From Nemertoderma westbladi (taxonomy: Eukaryota; Animalia; Xenacoelomorpha), in contig JAUCBJ010005878.1 of NCBI GenBank assembly GCA_032718475.1, positions 1-36,309 on the forward strand: a stretch of DNA of 36,309 nucleotides, written 5' to 3'. Below, piece by piece: positions 22,527 to 33,263 of this stretch. A model generated the notes under the pieces. The model saw nothing but the letters and a program-made list of their open reading frames with translations, searched no databases and was not told the DNA's origin. Numbering within the stretch: position 1 is the stretch's first letter; every line of letters starts with the position of its first letter. Made by a program: the position numbers and the translations under genes.

Positions 22527-25500
22527 TTCATCACCAATCATCAGCCATGTCTGGGCCATCCAGACGGGCTGCCTCCATATGTTTTTTAAACATCGGAGTT
22601 TTGATGAATAAAAGATTTTAACTAACTAACTAACATATATATAATATATTATTGATACCAGCATGCGGCAAACAATATCATTCTTGACAATAATTTAATG
22701 CAGTATGAGATGTAATAACTAATCGACTAATAGTGTAATAAATAGTTTCACCTACTGTCAGACTGTAAGCTTACTGTGCACAGGTTTAATTGTAACTAAG
22801 CTGACAATTAAACCCAACGGACTCCCTCTTTCAAACAATATATAGATAGATAGATAATAGATAATCTACAAAATATAATCTTGACCAAATGTGGCCCCAT
22901 ATAATTTCTCTAATCATTTACCAATCAGCAGATCAGGTCAATCTAATAAATCAATATACAAATACAGAAATACTACAAAAACCTAGCACTATACCACAAA
23001 AACCTAGTGAAACCCTTCAAAAACCCACAAAAACCTTGCAAAAACCTAAAACCTAAATTTTTTTTTGAAAAACCTATGGTTTTTGCCAGCCCTGGGTACA
23101 GTACTGGTACTACAGAGGTAGGAGGGGTAGGAGATTTCGCACAGTATTTCTGCTGTGCGCGCCAATCTCGCGCAGAATTTCTGCTGCGCGCGCCAATCTC
23201 GCGCAGTTTTTCTGCTGCGCACGCGGATTTTGCACTGTTTTCGACTGCGCAGGCGCACATTTTTTTCTGCGCCGCGTCGCATTCGGCGCACAAAAATGTC
23301 ACTTAGCATACGGGCATATAGGTCCTAGTGGTTTCTTGGTAGGCCTAAGTGTTAAGCCTACGTACTGAATGCAGGAATGAATGCTGCTCATTTAAGGCAG
23401 TGAAGATTCTAAATCTACAATCGATGTGGCGGGTGGCCTAGCGTACCCAGCAAAGTCACATCCTTCGAAATTGCTACTAATATGCTGCTAATTTGATCGA
23501 AATAAATTTTCTTCGAAATTATCAGCATTTTCGCCGTCTAAATTGTCTGATAATTCAGTCTACAATTCGTAGGATAAATTATCCTTCTAAACGAAGGATA
23601 AATTCGAAGACTATTCGAAGATTCTGAAGATTTAGCTAGTTTTTAGCCGGCAAATAGAAGGATAAATATGCCTACTATTCGCCGGATAAATTATCCTTCT
23701 AAACGAAGGATAAATTTGTAGACTTTTCGAAGGGTGGGTGAATTGATAATTTTTATCCTTCGTTTAGAAGGATAATTTATGCTGCTATTCGAAGGATAAA
23801 TTATCCTTCTAAATGAAGGCTAATGTAAGGGTCCAGTAGTATACCGCTTACCAGATCCTAGTAACGATGTATCTTACTATGAGACTCTAGTAATGTATAC
23901 GGGCTTGTACAGTATCTGACAACAAATCCCAGTCCAGGATATCTAAACAAACAGATATAGTACACAAACGACTACTGGCGAGGAACAGAGCCTTGTATCT
24001 ATTCTATGTACGTGAGCGGGTCGAATGCCTACGTACTAGACAGAAGGATACCTGTCCTCTAACCGGTGAGGCAGATGTACAGTTACAGTAACAGACCAAA
24101 CTCACGGGAAAACAATCCCCGCGCAGCGAATCCTAACTATCACTGACAGTCCTAAATACAGTAACTTGCCGCAGTGTGATTTATATGGTTTATATACGAA
24201 CTAGGTGGTTAACAGACCTAGTGTAACAATGCTGATCATCCCTGTCGAAATCAGCCTAAAGGTCGTGCCTAAATGTAACAATAACTGATCCCCCTGTACG
24301 AAATCAGTCTAAAAGGTCAGGCCTAAATGTAACAATAACTGCTGGATAAAATCAACAGTTAATAACGAAAGTGAAATACTCCTTATCGCCGCAACTAAAT
24401 CAGATCCTAATTTTACAAATACAGATAATTTCCACCTAAAGTAATGTATAGTGCGCTATAGCTAGTAGAACTTTAAGGGCAATATGTTTTAGGGCGTGTG
24501 TGTGTGGGTGTGTTACAAATAAAACAATTTTGTGTAATTCCTTTTACTAGGTTTTAGTGATTTTCTGACTAAATGATACCGTGCGCTAGCTACTAAAATA
24601 AACTAGTCACGTTTGTAGAACTTTATACTCACGAATGACGTCAAAGCTCTCTCCTTCCTATCCACAACCCAATGGGCAACCACAGTGTTAGTAACTACAC
24701 CCGTGATCGGCACTAATACCAGATTCTGGTTGTAAGATAAGAATAGGGGTTAATCGCTACCGTACGTTAGCTGATCTGGTATACTAATTTAATTCTAGAA
24801 CTTTGTTGCTGCGGTAGTTAGCAGCAATACCTATCAGTACGTGGCAAGGCGCGGTAGGATATTAATAAACCTCCCTAGGCCAAGCAGTGTGCCGGTAGCA
24901 GAAATGCTCCTTGCCTGATCAAATAGCTAACTCCAGACAGGGGGGGGGGGGGGGGGGGGGGTACTAATGTACGTTCTACAAAGCGAACCGGTACCAAACG
25001 GTCAGTGCTATGAATCACTAAATTATGGAACATATGCTGTCCGTACCTAATATGTACTCGCGTACTGACGAATGGCAATAGTTCGCACCTGTAGGAAGTA
25101 CAGGTTAACCCAGGGATTCGTAGGACTTGACAAAGGGGGGGGGGGGGGTGTCTGGATATAATTATTTGATCCTAAATTTGCGGCGTCCAGTACGGTGTCA
25201 CGCTTACCCTGATCTATAGGTCTTACGGCGGGCAAGGGCGTCGAACAAAGTCTTACCTTCTCACAAAGCGGGCGCTGCATAGCAAGTGGAGTATTTCGAA
25301 GGGGCAAAGGGGGTGCGCGGTCGATCCAATGTGGGCGCTAGCGTGTTGTGGACATCCCTTCCCTGCGTTGCTTACGGCCTAACGGTCTAGGCTGCCATCT
25401 CCCTGATGTTCGGCTGTCCCGAAGTCGGACCAAAAGAAAACATGTCAGGAAATTGCAGTATATTTACAGTTTTTACAAAGGATTTATCAAAACGAAGTTT

Positions 25501-25605
25501 CAACAAGAAACCGAATAAACTAATTTTACAAGAATAAGAGAGTGTAACACAAGGTATAAGGTTTGGTACTGAGGTGATAACATGATAACCGAAGGCAAAC
25601 CGGCC

Positions 25606-25850
25606 TTTTTATACTAGAAATTGCACATGGAAACTAAACAGAAATTTCCACAGCTTCACAATTGAGCAATGAAGTGCTTCGTGCCCTATGATTGGCCCAG
25701 CTCATCGTTCAACGCAGTCCGGCCCTTACACTAATCTGGGACATGGAATCCTAACAGAATTTTCCACTGCCTCACATTTGAGCAATAAGGCAATTTATGC
25801 CCTATGATTGGCCTGGCTCATTATTCGCTACGTTGTACGCTTCTCATTGG
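25606..25850 (-). promoter_or_regulatory. Putative LTR U3 Pol II promoter: three CCAAT boxes and a TATA box
   Basis: Minus-strand TATAAAAA at 25613-25606. CCAAT at 25695-25691, 25811-25807 and 25850-25846. Diverged direct repeat of about 80 bp (25625-25705 / 25741-25821). Confidence 0.5.
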
Positions 25851-25898
25851 CCTACCAATTAGCACCACACGAAAATAAATGGCCCCAAAATACAAATT

Positions 25899-25968
25899 TC
25901 CCGACTGGGATTCGAACTCGTAACCTACGTAATGTAACCAACGCCTTAACCATCTGACCACTACGCCA
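25899..25968 (-). other. tRNA-derived Pol III promoter-like cassette (A box + B box), not a functional tRNA
   Basis: Minus strand reads GGCGTAGTGGTCAGATGGTTAAGGCG...GAGTTCGAATCCCAGTCGGG, with A box TGGTCAGATGG and B box GTTCGAATCC. The T and acceptor stems do not pair. Confidence 0.6.
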
Positions 25969-27707
25969 CGAGAGTACCTAAGGTTTTATGTGTACAAATA
26001 TGAATAGGCATATTACATTACTGTAACTTAATCAAAATACGTCGGATTTTCAAAAGTTTTTACGTTAAAGTTAAACTACAAATGCTACCTTATAGTGAAA
26101 TAATTCATCAGCTAAATTTGTAGACTTTTCGAAGGGTGGATGAATTTATAGTTTCTATCCTGCGTTTAGAATGATAATTTATGCTACTATTCGAAGGATA
26201 AATTACCTTATATTCGAAGGATAAATTACCTTCTAAACGAAGGATAAATTTGTAGACTTTTCGAAGGTTGGATCATTTAGCTTAGTTTTGTTTAGTTATG
26301 CATAGTTACTGTATGTTATGTTTTATCCGGCAAATTCTGAGAGTAAAATAATAATTATATACTGTAGTTATGCTACTAATAATCCGAATATTTTTTTATC
26401 TGGGGACCATATTTAGCAGTAAATTAGTACAAAGTTATCAGTTCTTTAGAATTGTCGATTATATAATAATATATAATCTGAAGCAAAGAAAATTGATCTA
26501 TATTATGTCCAGTGCCATTCATATTGTTTTATGAAATAAATCCATTAATTACTGTGTGATGCTGTGTCTGTCCTTAAAGGTGCGGTAATCCATGTATCCA
26601 GAGTCTGCAGGTCTGAGTGTATGGCAGAGCTAGAGGTAAAGGCGATGTCCATACTGCCCTACAGTATGTTACTGTCAGAATGTCAGACACCTGTAAAAAC
26701 GAGACTACAGTATCTGACTACAGTATGTCTTTCAGGCAGTCAGGGAAATCCTGGGGACAAACAAAGCACATATTTTTTCAGTATTAATACGTGTACTATA
26801 TCCGAAACTGAAAGTTTTAAAAAATATACCTTTTATACTACAGTATAACGATACAGAAACTATTTACTCTACTGCTCTATACTGTATAAAATTTATTCTT
26901 AATTAATAATTATTTTTAATCTTTTTTTTAATATACAAGTTTTAATACAGTATTTAACATTTTAATATTCAGATATTTTCTTGCTATCATGCACCCCGGT
27001 CAGCCTGTACAATCAGCACGTCGCACATCAGCACATGTAACTAACAGTACAACATATCGCAGCGCAGTTTGAAGTTCCGTACCTGCTGACCCGTACCGTA
27101 TTTTTTCGTTGGAATACATACAGTATAATGCAGCACACTGTCAGATCTCAGACTGAACACTGAACCCACGACCTCCAAGAGATGTGAATTCAATGCAACC
27201 ACTACACCAAGGTCTCTTTGATTAAGAAAATGAATTAAATAATTATTGAATGCTTTTAAATTTAATGTTGTAATTTAGTGTCGTAATTCAAAAACATGAT
27301 ACCCCCCCACACCCCCCCCCCCCCCCCCTTCCCTAACTTTTATACAAATTTTAATGAATAGCATGATATGAAACAGAGTTACAGTAGTTTCACCTCCCTC
27401 ATCCGTAGTAACTGAGACAGAATTTGTAGTTTTGCTTTTTTTCTTTAGCAACAAGCGTTTGAAAAAAGTGTCACCGGCGGCGATATCATCACCAGTCCCA
27501 TCTCAGTTATTCAACCTTATATTAATTTGTTGGTTCTGATGGAAAGCTGACCATGCAACGATTCCAAATATGTAAAAAATTTAAATTTAGAAAATACAGT
27601 TGCTGAGATATGGGCTTTCGAATGTTGAATGTTTTTTCACGGCGCAAGGCTATTTTTATATTTAATAAATAAACCATGTTCTAGAACATGATGTAAAAAC
27701 GTAACTA

Positions 27708-28223
27708 GGGGGTGGTGTTCGATAAAGTATGTCACGGACTAGGGGGGGGGGGGCTCGAGCTTGCGTGACATTTTGTGACAGGGGGGGGGGGGGGGGGGGG
27801 TGTCGACTTTTGTGACGGTTACGGCGATGTTCTAGGCTTTAATGTTAGCTTGACTTTGACTTAAAACATATGTGTAGATAAGTGGGTAACTTTAAGGACA
27901 ACAATACACTCAATAATATTGAGTATACTCGATAAATTGAGGAGGACATAGAAACCTATAGATGGCCACTCGACTTGTTAGTGGGGAAGGGAAATGTAGA
28001 TAGTGCTTGAATTTATATTGTATTTTGGTATAACAAACATTGTGTATTATTGATATAAAATATTCCTTGTTTGGGGGTATTACAAATTTACCAATGAGAC
28101 AGAGGGGCGAGAGGTGGGGCTCGAGCTTGCGTGACATTTTGAAACAGAGCGGGGTGGGGGGGGGGGGGGGGGGTGGTCAAAAATCGGGAAAATTTGCGTG
28201 ACATACTTTATGAACGCCCGCCC
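27708..28223. mobile_element. PIF/Harbinger-like MITE
   Basis: Imperfect TIRs GGGGGTGGTGTTCGATAAAGTATGTCACG / CGTGACATACTTTATGAACGCCCGCCC. Internal repeat GGGGCTCGAGCTTGCGTGACATTTTG plus G-runs. The TSD is ambiguous (TAG/CTA or the longer AACGTAA(CT)). Confidence 0.65.
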
Positions 28224-31200
28224 TAGAACGTAACTGAGGGTTCAGATTCACTTTCCAGAAAAAAGACTTATTACTACTGTGAACAATTCGTATCTGGGAA
28301 TTTAAATTCGTACTGTAACTGGGAACTGAAATTTGAAACCGGAATTTCAGATTTGTAAATCTGATGAGCATTCGCAGCATATGGTCATTTCCTTACCAGC
28401 CGAGCCGCTTGGTCCATTACTATGTAAAATATTATCAATTCTTTATAATATAGCTGCTAATTGTCTTCGAAAACGAAGATAATTTATCAGGCAAATAATG
28501 TATATTTCCATAATCATAGAAGCATAATTATTAATTAAATGCATCTAAATTTAATTAATTCTAATAGATCCATCAACACGAATAATCTAATATGGCTGAC
28601 AATATGGGAAATTATTTAAATTTGAACTAACAAATTCAAATTTTTCGATTATCACTTAAAGTTTCCATAGATACCCTCAAATCTATATTGATTATATATT
28701 TCTATATATAATCAGCCGCTTCCATTAATAAGTATATAACGTATTGTAGGATAGGGAAGTAGGGTGTAGGGTAGGATACGGTAGGCTACTACAGTAGGCT
28801 AATACCCCCTCCCTCTTCACCAAAGCATCCACAGGCAGGTCCAGTGATTGTTTCAGTTACATTTTTTTTCTTCGAAAAATAGTATTTTTTATGCTTCGAA
28901 AATGCTTCTAATAATGTATGAAATTATCCTTCGAAAATGCTTCGTAAACTTCTAATTGAAGGCTAATAGTCTACTAAACGAAGCATTTTTATCTTCGAAA
29001 TCATCCTTCGAAAAATGCTAAATAAACTTCTAATCGCAGGCGAATAGTCTACTAAACGAAGCATTTTTGTCTTCGAATTATCCTTCGAATATGCTTCGTA
29101 AACTACTAATCGAAGGCTAATAGTCTACTAAACGATGGATATTTCTCTTCGAAATCCACCCTTCGAAACCTTTAAGAACATTGGAACCAAAAAGCCGGCT
29201 TTTATCCGGCGAAATTAGCAGGGTATTAGCCGGCGAAATTAGTAGCAATTTATCAGCGACTTATCATGCTATGACTTTGCTGGGTACTATTGTATCTAAT
29301 GTCATAGTTATGTAGGCCTACCGGTAGGTATTTGGATTGTTATTATGTTTAGGGTTGCTGGTCTGCCGGTAGTTACGGTAGTTCATAGTTCAGTAGTTAT
29401 CACTTGGTCAGACCTCAACCGTTGACCGTAGCCCAAATCAAACTTAAATGTAATCCTAATGCAAAGTCATAGGAACTTGGAACTACATAGTCAAATCTAA
29501 GAAATTTCGAGAAAATTCGCACACATTCAACACAGATTTCTGGAATTTGGAATCCTTGCAGAACAGCAGAAGGACAGTTTTCTATCCAACCAACAGTAGT
29601 ATGGAAACGCAACCAACCACTTCTGACTACTAGGCTACAACAGTAACGGTAGGCCTACTGGTAAAGGCTGTAAGTTAAGGTAGGTTAGGGTAAGGTTGAA
29701 ATAAATGGGCTGTATGTAAGAGAGTTGAGAGAACTATCTTTGGATATGAGTATCTTTTCAACCTATCAAACCAAATTAGAATTATGTAACTGAGTGCACT
29801 ATTGCTGTAATGAAGTGAACTTCTTTCAAGCTCGCAAACTCTTATCAGCTTCTATCTACAATCTAATAAGTAAAATTGAAAACGAAAATATAAATTATTA
29901 AACACCCACTAGCACTAAGTCTTAAGGTAAAAAAAATCTCAATTTCAGTCAGTAGGCTACTTCAAATTTCATACCGTCTCTCAGGTATGGATAAAAGAAA
30001 GGAATCTAATTATAAATCATTATGAAAAAGTTACGGTAACTGTAATTATGTTTTAATTTCATTTACTATTTTCGTTAGAAAATACCTACCACTGTAACCT
30101 GTTTCGATTTTTGTTAAATTATTATTTTTTAATTATTAATTTTAAGTAAAGTTAAATTTTTACCATAGCACACCAGTAAGACCTAATGACACTTTCTAAC
30201 GCTAATTCAGTAATTTGGGACTTAAATGCGAAATGCGACAGGACCTAATGCAAGCTAACCCCTGTTAGCAGTTTAGGCTGTGGGACATTGTATGCATATG
30301 CCAGTAATGCAGAAATCAGTAGGTCCCCTACTTGTGTTTTTGTATGTGTAATACTGTAAGTCATTTAATTGCTGTTAAATCAATTTTCCTTTATTGGCAG
30401 ATTGGAGTGTCTGAGATTATTATCGGCCTGCTTGCTGACTTGCTACTATATATTGATATTGGTGGTGACTATTATTGTGGTGAATATTGGTATAAATTAT
30501 TTATATCTACCTCCTGCCTATATAGACAGACACAGGATTGGTCATAGTCAATTTGGTTCATGTTACAGTCCCAAATACCTGGCAGTACAAGCCACAACTG
30601 TTGTGAATGTACTCTGGTACTTGTGATTGGCCAATTCCAATAAAAGACAGCTTAGAGCCAGTTTAGCATTAGGCTGTAGGTAATTAATTATATAGTATAT
30701 GGGTTTGGCTAAGAAAGGGTAGACAAGTAGAGATGGGCTCCATGCTGAAGATCCTATATTCTGTGTAGTTATAGATTTATATCTTTATATTGCTTTTCCT
30801 TAAAATTACACACACACCTCACCCAGTCACTGTATGCTTTTTTTATTTATATGATATCACTTCCTTCTTGAGGTTGGATGTATACCAATATGCAATACAA
30901 TAAATTTCCGAGCACCTGTTCTTTAGTTCTACGATGTAGCCTATGTATGTAAAATCTGATATGTCGTTTCTAAACTTTCATTCATATTTTGAAAAAAATG
31001 TTCAATGCGACAAGATCCTCAATAACTATGCAGGTTACTCAACCTGATGTCAAAGTTACACAAGATTCTCAACTCTGCGTATACTAACTTAAACTTGATA
31101 TTGACTGATTGAAGAGGTTAGTTTATAACTTTATGAATTTAATTATTTTTTTAATTTAATATTTTGTAAGCTTTTAAATAATATGACCTCATTCCACCTC

Positions 31201-31370
31201 TTTTTGCACAGGAAATTCAACAACAACATATCGCTTGTTGAAAACACTGCTAGAGGGGGACTCTTGACGCCGCATTGCTATTAATTTATTATAGTACAAT
31301 GGGAAAGTCAAATTATAAAATAGAGTCAAGATATTCAATATTCTGATTATATTAATTAAATTTATTTAGT

Positions 31371-31686
31371 CTATTTAGCAGTATGAAGGAGCGGTAACAA
31401 CACAAAGGTCTCGTGATTGTTATAGTAAAGACAACACATTTTAGTGAAGCGAATAGAAGTGAACATTACTAACTTCGTAGGATACTGTATGTCACCCATT
31501 ACGTTATACTTAATTAAAAGGATATCAAAATTCGAGGATGGGCATGGATATGTATAAAAGTCAGTTATGTATTTCCGTGGTACTTCGGAAACTCTCAGTT
31601 GTATTTTATCGTCTTCGCAGTGTTTCAATATCTCCGAAATTATAAATATAGACTTAGTTTCTTTGCACATTTTCAAAACGTTACTC
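31371..31686 (-). pseudogene. C-terminal fragment of an EnSpm/CACTA-like transposase
   Basis: ...DFYTYPCPSSNFDILLI...TKMCCLYY...FVLLPLLH resembles the FYxxPxxS...K...VxPLLH ending I recognise from animal EnSpm transposases. It is AT-rich, unlike the adjoining BEL DNA. Confidence 0.55.
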
Positions 31687-31839
31687 AGATAAGTAGCGTG
31701 GGCCGCTGAATCAGACCCACGGGTCTGATAACAGTAGTCCTCGGGTTCACTATCTGTCCGGTCGTTGTGAAGTGGTTCCGACAACCTAACATTATCGGGA
31801 ATCAACTCCTCGTCTGACTCGCTAAAGTCACTATAGTGG

Positions 31840-33263
31840 TCAGGTTCTCCTAAACTCGTCTATGTCTGGTGGTTTTACTAACGGTGGTTGAGTTATAGGC
31901 TGTAATTCGTCGTATCTGTCTATTGGCTTGTCGCCACCTGTAAACTCATAAGACATGGGTACTCTTGTATACCAACCTAATATAGTCCTATGGGCATGTG
32001 GTCCATTGACATGCGGCTCAGCTGGTCTCATTTCCCATATCTGGTGTGCGATCAGCTGTTCTGCACCAATCAACATAGAAACATTCCTATAACCTACCTG
32101 GTGTCTGGGTATCCTGAGCTTGTCAAAATACTCCTGTGCTATGGGACTCATCGGCGGCACCTTACCTAACTGCCTACCGAACCCCTTCATAGCTAGACAC
32201 TTAAATCCGTCCAATGGCAAAGCTTTTCGTTCTTGTCGAGTGTGCTGGTCTCTCGGAAGTAGGGAGTCTAGTTCCACAGATATCCTGTGTCCCTTGAGGT
32301 CACCTACCCCGTGCATAGACTTGTCGTCGTATCTGTCTATTGGCTTGTCGCCACCTGTAAACTCATAAGACATGGGTACTCTTGTATACCAACCTAATAT
32401 AGTCCTATGGGCATGTGGTCCATTGACATGCGGCTCAGCTGGTCTCATTTCCCATATCTGGTGTGCGATCAGCTGTTCTGCACCAATCAACATAGAAACA
32501 TTCCTATAACCTACCTGGTGTCTGGGTATCCTGAGCTTGTCAAAATACTCCTGTGCTATGGGACTCATCGGCGGCACCTTACCTAACTGCCTACCGAACC
32601 CCTTCATAGCTAGACACTTAAATCCGTCCAATGGCAAAGCTTTTCGTTCTTGTCGAGTGTGCTGGTCTCTCGGAAGTAGGGAGTCTAGTTCCACAGATAT
32701 CCTGTGTCCCTTGAGGTCACCTACCCCGTGCATAGACTTCAACTCTATTTGGATCTCCTCGGCGTCCTGGAAGCTAGAAACGGCTCTCGCCACTTCCTCG
32801 TCGATATACGATAATGTGGACGTAGTGTCCAACATCACATATATTCGCTTTGATCCCTTATCTCCAGTGAGTTTCACCGGAATCACGCTAAATATTTCCG
32901 ACGTGGCCGATGATAAATACGTCCGCGCGCTGGTCGATGAACTATCCACGGTGAAACCTTGGCAGGTCACCTCTCTCGCGCTCAACTCGCCATCCTCGTC
33001 CGACGAACCTGGTTGGTAACCATCATCCTGAATGCCGGTGAACGTATTTCTCCTTATCGATACGGGTTCTTTGCTCCCCTTCCTTTGAGGATTTCGCTGT
33101 AAGTAACGGTCCGTTGGGGTATGGAAATCCGCATGTAGCAACTTGTGATGTAGTCTGCCGCATTCCATGCATCCTTGCTGTTCGGGCACTGCCGCCGTAC
33201 ATGACCTGGCGCAAGACATGCCCAACAGGTGTCCAACGTCCGCACTTGAACCCTTCTCTGTTC
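31840..33263 (-). pseudogene. BEL/Pao zinc knuckles 2-3 and aspartic protease
   Basis: CWAC...H...C, then a 1-nt frameshift near 33175 into CMECGRLHHKLLH. Protease motifs VIPVKL...YVMLDTTSTLSYI, SMLIG and HRTILGW. Confidence 0.85.
31907..32739. repeat. Apparently identical 417-bp-period tandem duplication within the BEL protease region
   Basis: 31907-32322 repeats at 32324-32739, with a single G between. The 139-codon period keeps the frame, so KSMHGVGD...PIDRYD appears twice in the ORF. Confidence 0.95.

Larger units (their letters stand above)
16137..22634 (+). mobile_element. 5'-truncated CR1/L2-group LINE, split by two DNA transposons
   Basis: RT and C-terminal coding fragments at 16137-16928 and 18355-18545. 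3'UTR at 18546-18817 and 22535-22634, ending in AATAAA and a (TAAC)n tail. Both flanks are (AT)n-like. Confidence 0.85.
11169..23094 (+). mobile_element. hAT DNA transposon (formerly autonomous) carrying a nested LINE and other elements
   Basis: TIR CAGGGCTGGCAAA at both ends. Perfect 8-bp TSD GGTACAGT (11161-11168, 23095-23102). Subterminal AAACCTA/TAGGTTT repeats on both arms. Internal transposase. Confidence 0.95.
10759..23314. mobile_element. Unclassified MITE (about 620 bp when the hAT insert is removed); outer element of nest 2
   Basis: TIR CCCGT(C/A)TGCTAAGT (13/14 match). 8-bp TSD CATATAGG at 10751-10758 and 23315-23322. GC-rich subterminal repeats GCGCAGAAAA / TTTCTGC(T)GCGC in opposite orientation on the two arms (10790-10935, 23135-23295). 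Confidence 0.85.
23824..26110 (-). mobile_element. Solo-LTR-like insertion (2287 bp)
   Basis: TG...CA ends. 5-bp TSD GCTAA (23819-23823, 26111-26115). Removing it restores the host repeat unit GAAGG(A/C)TAAATTTGTAGACTTTTCGAAGGGTGG. Minus-strand promoter signals; no coding remnant recognised. Confidence 0.75.
23446..29284. mobile_element. Non-autonomous EnSpm/CACTA-like (CMC) element with arrays of subterminal repeats; outer element of nest 3
   Basis: TIR CCCAGCAAAGTCA and 2-bp TSD TA (23444-23445, 29285-29286). Many GAAGGATAAATTATCCTTC / TTCGAA / CTAAACGAAG units at 23460-23823, 26111-26340 and 28870-29260. Confidence 0.85.

Noticed and set aside
22973-23309. Three overlapping ORFs
   Set aside because: They span the hAT end, its TSD and the MITE arm, so they cross element boundaries; low-complexity translations.
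25899-25968. Functional tRNA gene
   Set aside because: A and B boxes are present, but the T-stem and acceptor stem cannot pair.
23460-29260. Palindromic GAAGGATAAATTATCCTTC arrays as CRISPR or operator arrays
   Set aside because: Irregular spacing, spacers related to each other, and confinement to the two arms of a TIR element: these are subterminal repeats.
30332-30626. Hydrophobic ORFs resembling small membrane proteins
   Set aside because: T-rich low-complexity sequence, non-ATG starts, and no splice or motif support.
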